NCBI GenBank assembly: GCA_002633005.1
Contig: NMRA01000714.1
Location: forward strand, 1 to 55,283
Reading direction: 5' to 3'
Length of the DNA: 55,283 bases
From: Phoronis australis
Lineage: Eukaryota > Animalia > Phoronida
In this document: positions 13,213 to 23,958 of the stretch, in pieces
Layout: each line of letters opens with the position of its first letter
Position numbering within the stretch: position 1 is the first letter of the stretch
Position numbers and translations under genes: made by a program
The notes under the pieces: generated by a model
Databases searched by the model: none
What the model was told of the DNA's origin: nothing
The model's input: the letters and a program-made list of their open reading frames with translations, nothing else

Positions 13213-13670
13213 GGGCTATAGTACATGTATGTAGTTACTTCAGAGCTGGGCCGCCCATCGGCATGGGCGGTGTGCACCATAGGGGGCTGATGGTATTGTC
13301 ACCCCAAGTGCTGCTCTCCCCATAGTACCAGGTGTATATCTCCACTCTAATTTGGCTGAAGACAATGATTCTCAAAAATATGATACCCTAAATGATCCTT
13401 ACTGACTTCGCGTGACTTGACTTTGAGAACCATCAGCAAATGAAATTGCATTGGGTCAACATGATGCTCAACTAGCGCTGCTACACACACAAGACCAAGA
13501 ACAGTTGAATCAACAAATAGCCTACTGGGCAACATTCCAAAGAAATACCACCGGCAACACTCAGCAATTGTTGACCGCGAGAACTATGGTGATTGCGAAA
13601 AAAGATCGGTATAGTTCAAGCACTGAGAAAGCGTCATGGATATAAGCCATAAATTATGAAGATAACTTAC

Positions 13671-13912
13671 CTTTTCACAAGACCAGCTTCAAACTTCATG
13701 ATATGTTTGTCGTCGAAGCAGCCGTCCTCAAAGTGGTTGGAGCATATTTCGGCTCCCATGGCCGACTCGACAGTCATTTTACAATGACGAGCAGTGCACA
13801 CGAAAACGTGCCATTTCGCGGCCAGATGCTTGTCTTTGGGAAACCTAAATAGGGTCACGCCTTCCACCTGGCTGGTGTTAGCACAGTTGGTGCACACACA
13901 CCGATGTACCAT
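13671..13912 (-). CDS. THAP zinc-finger exon (N-terminus of the Kolobok transposase)
   Basis: MVHRCVCTNCAN...LFRFPKD...KW...ICSNHFEDGCF, i.e. C2CH THAP with the conserved FP, W and HF. Ends at the donor AG|GTAAGT. I found no AVPT-box or DDE exons downstream. Confidence 0.88.
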
Positions 13913-14212
13913 GTCTACATCACGCCAAGATTGAACGCTCCTTGTTCGTCTTCCACTGTTTTGTATGAGCGGTAAACTGCATTGTGGGATATTGATCTAG
14001 TTTGTGTTCCCCAACACCATGTCACGGTGTCAAAGGTCAACTTTTCGCGGATTTTTTTTAATTTTCGCTTTTTGACGTAACTACAGACACAATAACATGA
14101 TAATTGGAAGAAGATATATCCAACTAACAATATCTTGAAAATATTATTACAATTTAACATACTTAGACCTTGCAATTTACACTTTAATGTCAAAAGTAGT
14201 TTCCTGTTAGTT

Positions 14213-14985
14213 TTAATACATTTCAACATCAGATTCGTCACTGCTACTCCAGCTTGATTCGGGCTTGCTTGTTTCGTCATAGCCCAATTCCTCTACCTCT
14301 TGATCTGCTTGGTTTTCTTGTAAAAGACCAGCACCTTCAAAAAGGACATCAAGAACGGCAGAACCACAAAACCATTCGGGAGTGTAGAATCCATCTTGTA
14401 CCTTCCAACCGTAGGTAAGAGGATCCAATCGTTTCCCCGGATTGGCCGAATCCACTTGACCCCAGAGCATGGCAACATAATGGGCTTGTTTGATCTTGTT
14501 CAATATTGTCTTTCGGCAAGGGAGAAGCTATGCATAGTCAATCTTCTTGGTGTTGGACATCGGCTTTTCCTGAAATAAATACTGAGAAAATTTTATGGAC
14601 GAGGGACCAATTGTCCAAGAGCTGACGAACAAAAACATAAAACCTCACCACCATTTACTGTTTTTAAGCATGACGTGAAACCGCCGGGGCCTTTTGGTTT
14701 AATACTATGAAAACATTTTGAAATTATTTTCGTTGCTTTTATAAACTATATTTTATCAATTACAATTATTACCTTGTTTATGTTTCCGGTCATCTCGTAT
14801 AATTTCAGCTATCTCGCTTCATTTGTATCTTTGACTCCTCCCATCACTAAATATGATGAGCGTCCCGTATGAGTCTTTCATCAGGATTTCCAGAGGCCTC
14901 ACTCTCCCTTTCTTATACAGTGCTGCTGTGACGTCACACCCTGTCATATGATTGCATGCAGACCAGACAATGCTGCAGCGAGACC
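14213..14985 (-). pseudogene. Decayed Academ-type transposase C-terminal region (XPG/FEN1-like H3TH motif)
   Basis: LAAALSGLHAI/(frameshift)TGCDVTAALYKKGRVRPLEIL at ~14880-14985, and LLPCRKTILNKIKQAHYVAMLW...LDPLTYGWKVQDGFYTPEWFCG plus an acidic tail at 14213-14530. Confidence 0.72.
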
Positions 14986-15524
14986 CCTTGTTCCCGAAAC
15001 ACGTCGTTGTTTATATATTTATTTAAATAGCATTGGGACTCCACTGCGTGGCTGCTCACCAAATTAGGGGTGATTTGTATTTTTATCACGGAGGACATTA
15101 TTTCGGCCATCGAAAAATGACTTCGCGAAACTAAAACACTTTACACTACGCTGAATTTCGACATCATGTGGAATTTCTTCAAAAACTTACCACTTAACGA
15201 ATTAACTGTCTTACATCTTCACACCCGTCTGCTTTTCGCTTCTTGTCACCATTAGAGTAAACACAGGTTTTAGTAAACGAAAGTTTTCTATAATTAGTTT
15301 TTGTTCCTGCGGTCCCATTTTTGCAGTTAACTTATTAAATACACCACTTTTGTCACCAATTGAGAATATATGCATTTCGATTTCCGTTGTGCAATTTTTA
15401 ACATCTTGTTGTCCAGTTGTTTGGGTTTCCCACCCGAGTACTTGAACTAGCAAGGGGAAGCTGCATGGACAGTTGTAGCTCCATTTTCAAGGTCCTTTCT
15501 GGGTTTCTGGCCGACTATTTCCAG

Positions 15525-16510
15525 AGTAAAATTTGTCTTTCACGGGTGTTCAGTGCAGCACGATTGTTGGTTTTAACTCAGTTCAAGCGGATACCTTGAA
15601 AATCTAACTGTCTCAAAAATGGCATACCGTGGTTGACATTTTTGAGGGTTTCTGCCAGGCACAATCCAGAGTGTATTTTGTCTGCCGGTCATAGGGAATT
15701 TAGTGATCTGTGACACGTATTGAATCTCGTGTAATTGGTTTTTCGTGGAACCTCGAATGTATGTGCTAGCTCATTTTGGGGGGTCTTTTTAGTTTCTGCC
15801 GGACCCATTCCAGAGTGCAGTTTGTCTGTCATGGGTCATTCAGTGTTCAGTGCGGTACTATTGTTCGGTTGGCACCTCGAAAAACTAGTTTAGCACAATT
15901 TTTTATGGCATACCGTGGCTGGGATTTTTGGATGTTTTCGGCAGGCACAACCCAAAGCGTATTTTGTCTGTCCGATAGGGGTTTTCATGATCTGTGACAT
16001 GTATTGAATCCGGGAATTGGTTTTGTGTGGTATCTCGAATGTATGTGCTAGCTCATTTTTGGAGGGGGGTACTTTTTGGGTTCCGTGTGCCGGACCCATT
16101 CCAGAGTGCAATTTGTCTGTCATGGGTCATTCGGAGTTCAGTGCGGTACTATTGTTCATTTAAAATCAGTTTTGGCCGGTACCTCGAAAATCTAGTCTAG
16201 CTCAAATTTTTGATAGCATACCATGGTTGAAATGTTTTGGGGGTTTCTGCCGGGCATAAGTCAGAGTGTATTTTGTCTGTCATAGGGTTTTAGTGATCTG
16301 TGACATGTATTGAATCATATGGAATTGGTTTTGTGTGGTGTCTCGAATTTATGTGCTAGCTCATTTTTGGGAAGGTCCTTTTTTGGTTTCTGCCGGACCC
16401 ATTCCGCAGAGTGCAATTTGTCTGTCATGGGTCATTCGGTGTTCCGTGCGGTACTATTGTTCGTTTTAAATCAGTTTTGGCCGGTACCTCGAATATTTAG
16501 TCTAGCTCAT
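15525..16510 (-). repeat. ~300 bp tandem units (about 3.3) in the right TIR arm
   Basis: TGTGCTAGCTCATTTT recurs at ~15762, ~16044 and ~16352; it is the inverted counterpart of 7825-8445. Confidence 0.88.
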
Positions 16511-18990
16511 TTTCTGGGTCCTTTGTAAGGCCCCCAGGAATCACACCCAGAGTGCAGAAGGCAACGGCAGACGTCCATTTCTGTACATACATGTACTGAG
16601 GTGGACTCTAAATGCTCCCGTGGTCAGATGTTGGTACCTCATTCATCCATGCTAAGTGCTCTGGGCTGCCGATCTATCAGGCCCCTGTGGTCATGAATAC
16701 AGCAAATTGAATCCTCACCCTAATTCCTTCATTCAATTAATAATTTGACATTTCAATGTTTCGGTTTCCCGCTAACGACATGCTTTATAACCAACGATTT
16801 GATCTTTGTTACCCATTTCTTACTTGGTTTCGTATCAGTCTCCCAGCACGTGACGTGTAGGCCTACAAGATATGTGTGTAACAATGAAGTCTGACCTATT
16901 TACATACAAAAGTAGGTCAAATGGTCTCTCGCAAACAACGGTACTTAGCTGGGAATGGTACGTTTTTATGATAATTAAGTTAATTATGCACTCCAAAATC
17001 AGTTGACATTGCGAGTGAATGTTGAAATAGCGAACATATTTAAGGCTTGTATAGGTTATGTGTAACGAAAACAAGCTTTTACCGAATAATTAAGCGAAGA
17101 CTTTGAGATTTTCACTTGTCCCAGTGTATCGGCTTTTTCTCGGCTTCGGCAACTCGACTTCATTTGAACTTAGGAACACGAGTTCTCGAAAACGGCGCAG
17201 TGGATTTCGCTGAAGCTTTCCAAATTTAATATTTAGCCATCAGTCTCAAACATGCTGTTAGGATTTTTTATATAAAGTCCTATTTTTGCGTAATGTAACA
17301 AAGACGAATACGACTTCCGTTTTTACAAAGATACCTTACGTTTTGCGAATTCATTTGTCATAGAAACCAAACGAAAAGACTAATCGAAAATTCCTAACAG
17401 CGTTTTTGAGGTAACTGGTGAAGTTTTCATTATAAAAAGTTTCATTAAAATCGACCCAGGGGGTTATTTTGCTATGAATGTACCTTTCTTAAAATAAAAT
17501 TTTGACTTAAAAAAAATCTAACGTAAAAATAATAATGGTAAATTAATACAAAATGTATTTTCATATTCCCTAATCTTTTTTCTTTCATAAAATATATACT
17601 TCTACTTGTTGACAAAGCTACGTTTTTTGATATACGAGTTAGAATAGAGGCCACTAAATAAGGTTGGAGATAACCTTAAGTGCACGTTTTCAAGTGCGTT
17701 TATATGACCTACTACATGCTGCAAAAACAAAAGACCCTAACAGCAATAGCCTGGCTAGGGCCCTCAAAGGGTAAACCATGCACGGATACTGAGTTGTCAA
17801 GTGTTCTCTTAAATTTTCTCTGTTATCCATATTCGCAGTCTTTTTTCTCGACTGTCCGCGGCCCCACGCCTATGTCGGATGCCACGGTTTAATCGTGACC
17901 CCTGCAAGTGCCCGGTCTCCCCGCTTCTTCTGTAATTAAAATCTTTCAAAACTTTCTTTGAATTAAGCAATTGTTTATTTACTTAAAATTTTCAAGCAAC
18001 GGCACAATGTAACATTGGAAATAGTTTTTCCGTGTTGGCGTAGGAATTTTCTTTAGCATAGCAGTATACCTTGCTTTGTACTCAATATAGATGTCGGGCC
18101 AGTCGGTGTAGTGTCATGACGCACCCAGTCCAGCTGAAAATTGACCGTCGGACGACCATCGTCTGACGGTTGGAGGCCAGCTGCTTGGGCTGCTTGGTCA
18201 TGTACGTAATCCTTTAATGACACCCCACTATGCCATAAAACTACGTGCCTGTCAACTGTTGGTAAAAAAATAAAGTTTATTCAAAAAAATTACCTGCTTA
18301 ACCAAATTTCTCGCGAAAAACCAAGCATTTCAGAACTTTGAATTTTCTTTCTAGGCCAGAAAATAAAGGTTTTGTTAATATAAAAATTTACCACCTTGTG
18401 TACGAGGAGAGCGTAAGAATTTACAAAGGGTATGTTGTGATTCGCCTCAATGAGGCAACTTATAATTTCCAATTAAAAGGCCAAAGTATACCATAATCAA
18501 ATTATTTTAATAAAACGCAAGACCCACAATATAACATATTATACAATAAGGATAATATATATTGTTACAACGAATAGCAATTGAGAACTTGTTTTTAAGC
18601 GTAGGTATACATTAACCTGGTTCCCGGGCCTCACAAGCTGACGTCAGGGATGGCTTGTGAAGGCCCAGGTACAGGGCACTAGAACGATGGTTTTCATTGG
18701 CTGTCAGCTGGCAATTTTTAACCAGGAAATTTGCTCTGCGTATGCTGACATCAGGTCTTATGTTATCAGATCGCTAGGTGTCGCGAGAGTAAAAGTTATT
18801 TTTGTTTGCGTTTGCGGTCGAACTCTCTGGTGAGGTAGCTGTTTATATTGTTATTTTACCAACAAACTCAGCTGAAATTATCGATTCCTTATTATGAAAA
18901 AAATCTGAATTAACAATGGCTTCACTCTTTTCACTTGGCCTTTTCAGTTTCAGTATTTGAACGCTTTATATGAATTGAAAACGTCTCTTG

Positions 18991-19178
18991 CAGGGGCGGA
19001 TCCAGGATTTTGAGTTCGGGGGAGAGGGCAGCGGCAAGGGCAGAGTATTTTGGCTGTCAGACATTCACACTCCCAAACTGCCAAATGGAATCTGGGAGAA
19101 TTTTACGCAGGGCCATGGCCCCCTTGCTGCCCCANNNNNNGCCCCCCCCCCCCCCCCCCCCCATTAAATCCGTCACTG
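18991..19178 (+). mobile_element. hAT-like MITE (contains a 6-N assembly gap)
   Basis: CAGGGGCGGAT...ATCCGTCACTG imperfect TIRs. Its 3' half matches 8680-8745 (CCAAATGG.ATCTGG.AGAATTTTA...GGGCCATGGCCCCCTTGC...AAATCCGYCACTG). No TSD found. Confidence 0.55.
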
Positions 19179-19565
19179 TACAGTGTTATAGTAGACACAG
19201 TATATTCACCCCTAGAACACCACAATTTTCGACCCTTCAGGTAGCCACAATTCTTGAGCTACACCCCTCCCCACGTTGCCATAATTTTTTCTTCCTATTT
19301 CCCCGGCCTCTTTGAGGTGGGACCCCGCACAACTTGAGGGTCCTAAGCCATCAGATCATCTTGGGTATATTCGGAGCATTAAATTTCTCCTTTAAGGTGA
19401 ATTTAACCTGCGTGACTTTCAAACTTAGTGGAGAATGATTGGCCATAATGACCAAAAGTTCGAGCATGCACTGAAAACAATTACTTCCAAGGGCATCCAG
19501 ACCACCTCGGGTGTTTTCAAATTTCACCTAATAGGTGAAAGCTTCCTGCATGTGTGCGGACTTCA

Positions 19566-22080
19566 TTACTCTGAGCGTGTAAGCTCAGAGTACTGTTGTT
19601 CCTGGGTTTTCTTCAATTTTATTCTTATTACTCTGCGCGTGTAAGCGCATAGTACTGTTGTTCCTGGGTTTTCTTCAATTTTATTCTTATTATTGTTATT
19701 ATTCCTATTCTTCTTATTCTTCTTATTCTTCTTCCCACCAACTTTGAGGCTTAATAACTCCAAATTGGGTGCAGGTACCGTCTTTAAATTCAGCATATGA
19801 CTTTTGACAGTACATAAATTTTGATTGGTTATATAATCATATTCCATATTGCACCGGAAGAGGTCGTTTGGTGCAAAGGTCATATAATATTCAAAATGCT
19901 CATTTTCCTTCAGTTTTAAAGCTATCTTTTTCAAATTCGGTGCACAGGTACAAGTCAACATGACAATTTAAAAACTTACTTTTCTAAGTAATCGGATCAT
20001 CCAATCAGGTTTAATAGGTCAAAGGTCATTAGGTGCAAACTAAAATTTTGAGCTAGACACTTCAAATTGACAGGTCGGATTGCCACAGGTAAATCAAATC
20101 GGAATCCAAAGTTTCAGGTCATTTAGTGCAAACATGGGATCATTAGGTGCATTTTTCTTCTGAAAATTTGACCTTTTCAATCATCAAGTTTTCTGATGTG
20201 TCAACCGTTAGACAACTAAGATTCTCAGGGTTAAACACATTTTCCATGGGCTTTGCAATAATTCCCCTAAAGATGCTTAAAATGCACCGGATAAGGTCAA
20301 TTAGTGCAAAGGTCATGTAACGTTCAAAATGTTATATCTCTTACGTTTTTCAAGAAATTATTTCAGCACACTGAGGTACATGTATGTCAACATGCCAATT
20401 GAATACCCTACTTTACTTCGCAATAGGCCTAACCAATCAGAAAAAATAGGTCAAAGGTGATTGAGTGCAAACTAAAATTTTGAGCTAGAGACTTCAGAAT
20501 TACGTTTACTAAGTGCGATTGAGTTTGAATTCTAAATTTTCAGGTCATTTGGTGCACCCATGGGGTCATTAGGTGCATTTTTCTTCTGAAAGTTTGACCA
20601 ATTCATTCATCTTGTATTCTGAAGTGCTTAAAGTAAAACATCTGTGATTATTAGCATTAACCACACTTTTAATCGAGTTAACAATTACTCCCTCATCGGG
20701 GCTCATAATGCACCGGAAGAGGACAATTAGTGGAATGGTCATCAAAAAATTAATATCTAATTTCTCCTACAATTTTAAAGAATTCCTTTTCATATTGGTA
20801 AACGGGTTGCTGTCAGTAACTTCCCATAATAATTCCAGTAATACGCACGCGCAGAGTCCGTTATTGTCACGCCGTGACAATAATCTTTCTAGTTCTTATT
20901 CTTATTCTTCTTCCGACCAACTTTGAGGCTTAATAACTCCAAATTGGGTGCAGGTACGGTCTTTAAATTCAGCATATGAGTTATGACAGTATATAAATTT
21001 TGATTGGTAATATAATCATATTCCATATTGCACCGGAAGAGGTCGTTTGGTGCAAAGGTCATATAATTTTCAAAATGCTACTCCTCCTTCAGTTTTGAAG
21101 CTATCTTTTTCAAATTCGGTGCACTGGTATATGTCAACATGGCAATTTGAAAACTTACTTTTCTAAGTAATCGGGTCATCCAATCAGGTGAAACAGGTCA
21201 AAGGTCATTAGTTGCAAACTAAAATTTTGAGCTAGACATTTCAAATTGACAGGTCTGATTGCCACAAGTAAATCAAATCGGAATCCAAAGTTTCAGGTTA
21301 TTTAGTGCAAACATGGGGTCATTAGGTGCATTTATCTTCTGAAAATTTTATCTTTACAATCAGTAAGTATTCTGATGTGTCAACCGTTAGACAACTGTGA
21401 TTCTCAACGTTAAACACATTTTCCATGGGCTTTGCAATAATTCTCCTAAAGATGCTTAAAATGCACCGGATAAGGTCAATTAGTGCAAAGGTCATGTAAC
21501 GTTCAAAATGTTATATCTCTTACGTTTTTCAAGGAATTCTTTTCAATTTCAGCACACTGGTGTGAGTCAACATGCCAAAAGAATACCCTACTTTACTTCG
21601 CAATAGGCCTAACCAATCAGATAAAATAGGTCAAAGGTCATCGAGTGCAAACTAAAATTTTGAGCTAGAGACTTCAGAATTACATATCTGTTTACTAAGT
21701 GCGATTGAGTATGATTTCTTAATTTTCAGGTCATTTGGTGCACCCATGGGGTCATTAGGTGCATTTTTCTTCTGAAAGTTTGATCACTTCATTCATCTTG
21801 TATTCTGAAGTGTTTAAGGTAAAACATCTGTGATTATTAGCATTAACCACACTTTTAATCAAGTTAACAATTACTCCCTCATCGGGGCTCATAATGCACC
21901 GGAAGAGGTCAATTAGTGGAAAGGTCATCAAAAAGTTAATACGTAATTTCTCCTACAATGTTAAAGAATTCCTTTTCATATTGGTAAACGGGTTGCTTTC
22001 AGTAACTTCCCATAATAGTTCCAGTAATACGCACGCGCAGAGTCCGTTATTGTCACGCACTGACAATAATCTTTCTAGTT
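19566..22080 (+). mobile_element. Head-to-tail dimer of a non-autonomous Helentron/HINE-like rolling-circle element
   Basis: 5' subTIR ACTCTGCGCGTG (19630-19641) within a hairpin, then a TTC/TTA microsatellite and GGTCAAAGGTCA-rich internal repeats. The 3' subTIR CACGCGCAGAGT, hairpin TTATTGTCACG-C-CGTGACAATAA and CTAGTT end occur twice (20846-20894 and 22032-22080). Unit ~1.19 kb. Confidence 0.85.
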
Positions 22081-23958
22081 TAGCCTATTATTCTCAAGAC
22101 TGAAAAACACGTGACTTGCCATATTTTGGATAACGTTCATCTTCGAGGGGATATTTTAGGCTACGAAAATATTTTCGTTACCCGAAGTGTTTCGAAGACA
22201 AATTTGTAAATAGGAAAATAGCCCACGTGCTCTAGATGTTCCGAGGATAAATTTGTAGCTATGAAAATACCCGAGAGGTGTCCCAAATGGGCCCTAATCT
22301 TTAGTTTTATGCATTATCTGGTACTGGAAGAATCTCCACCCATTTAGACAGTCACTAAAACATTATATTTGTTGTCCGAGGTTTTTAGTTCAATAAGAAT
22401 ATAGCCTAATGTCCCAAATGCACAATCTTTTCATAAGGGTTAATGCAAACAACTGAATCCTTTGTTGTATTCATGGGAAAAGTTTGCTTTGGTAGGGATT
22501 TTTTCAAGCACCATTTGGAAGAGAAATTGTTCGAGAAAAATCACCCAGCTGGGTGTCATGTCCGGTATAAACCTGTGGGAGTATCCCTGGAATGGTTTTA
22601 GGAGGGTATTCTGAAAGCCCAAGGATGGTGATATGAACCCTATCCCTATACATGTATACCTAACAATGTGGGTTGAACATCATGGTAAGTACAAGCGCAA
22701 TTGTTGATTTCAGAATGCGCTTATCAGATGGTGTTTTCTGGCTTCCAGATTTCGTTCAAATTAAATTCCTTAAAGTCGTGTGAAAAAGAATAAATTTTGA
22801 TCTGAACAACTTACCACATATATACAGGAATCGGAATGACTAAAACAAGAAAATTTTCCAGGCGATCTATCGTTTCACAAATAGGCTTGTGAGATAGAAA
22901 TATTTTTGTGTTGTAAAATTTGACTGAAATGAATGTTTTTTGCATGAATCAATTCAAAATAATAATAAAAAAGAAGCTGGAAATCAGACAAGAGGAAATA
23001 AAAAAAGGAAATCCTCTTAAAAGAGGAAAATTCCAAGCCCTGTATATATCCCTGTCCCAACTTGTTCCTTAGTAGACTTGGAAGAAATTAAACTTTGTTA
23101 GTGCTCAAAGACATGGTTATTTCACCAGGTCTTAAGCAATAACAAACTATCAGTTCAACGTAAGCCAATATGTCACGTGTAATCTCAGTCAGGAACAGTG
23201 CGAGTTCAAGAGTCTAACCAGTAGCACACACGTGAAGATTGACACCGGACACTATTATCCAAATCCAACTGCTAGACATGCCAATCTTCATGCGAGCAAT
23301 AGTGATTAGATTTACTAGCTACTAGTTTGGCCAAAAACAACATTGTTAGTACGAGACCAATCTTGGATTAATAGCAGCTTGAAAAATTGTACACTTTATG
23401 TATAAGGAACTTAAAAAGGGTTCATTTTTTCAATACAGTATATTACAGATGTTTTCTTATTCTCCACCATGTATTTAAACGCTTTTTGGGCTAAACATAT
23501 TCTAGCAAAGTCTTATATGGATTGATTTAAAACCCTGAAAAGAGATTATGTGATCATGTTTGAGAATACACCTCTTGAGTGAAGCTTTCAATCCAAATTG
23601 AACTCGAAATTGTTTTTGTCACTTCCAGTCCACTTTCTTGCGAGTTCAAGATAGTATGTAATGACCACTAGTTTCAAACTAAAATTTGAGTAAAAACTTA
23701 AGATTTCTAGTAAAACCTTGAACTCAGACTCGAACTTTTAGCTCTAATACTGGGATCATTAATTGACATCAATTAGCATTCAAATATAAAATAAAAAACT
23801 TATCTCGAGTTTAAACAAAAGTAGAATAGAAAATAACAAAAAACCTTGAGTAAAAACTTGAAACCCTGGACCCAGGTGTTACTTTCATAATGGTCTATGC
23901 TTTCACAAGGCAGTGAATGTGCAACTTGAATGGTAGTCGGGTCTTTAATAACCTATTC

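Larger units (their letters stand above)
9210..14183. mobile_element. Kolobok DNA transposon, internally deleted, nested in the foldback element
   Basis: Perfect 19 bp TIR AGTGTAAATTGCAAGGTCT (9210-9228 / 14165-14183). TTAA TSD at 9206-9209 and 14184-14187. AG..CT (RR..YY) termini. Convergent THAP-transposase and KolX-like genes, the known Kolobok layout. Confidence 0.93.
7710..16633 (-). mobile_element. Foldback-like DNA transposon with long TIRs, probably an Academ (XPG-type) derivative
   Basis: CAACATCTGACCACGGGAGCATTTAGAGTCCACC at 7710 is the exact reverse complement of the sequence ending at 16633, and inverted similarity continues for >700 bp. Flanks GTAA (7706-7709) and GTAC (16634-16637) could be a 4 bp TSD with one mismatch. 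CA..TG termini. Encloses an XPG-like coding remnant. Confidence 0.8.

Noticed and set aside
13245-13310. Self-cleaving ribozyme near the GCCGCCCAT/ATGGGCGGT hairpin
   Set aside because: The hammerhead core (CUGANGA...GAAA) is not matched, and a single hairpin is insufficient evidence.
19566-19961. 131 aa Lys/Asn-rich ORF
   Set aside because: It is a translation of the microsatellite and the non-coding Helentron-like repeat.
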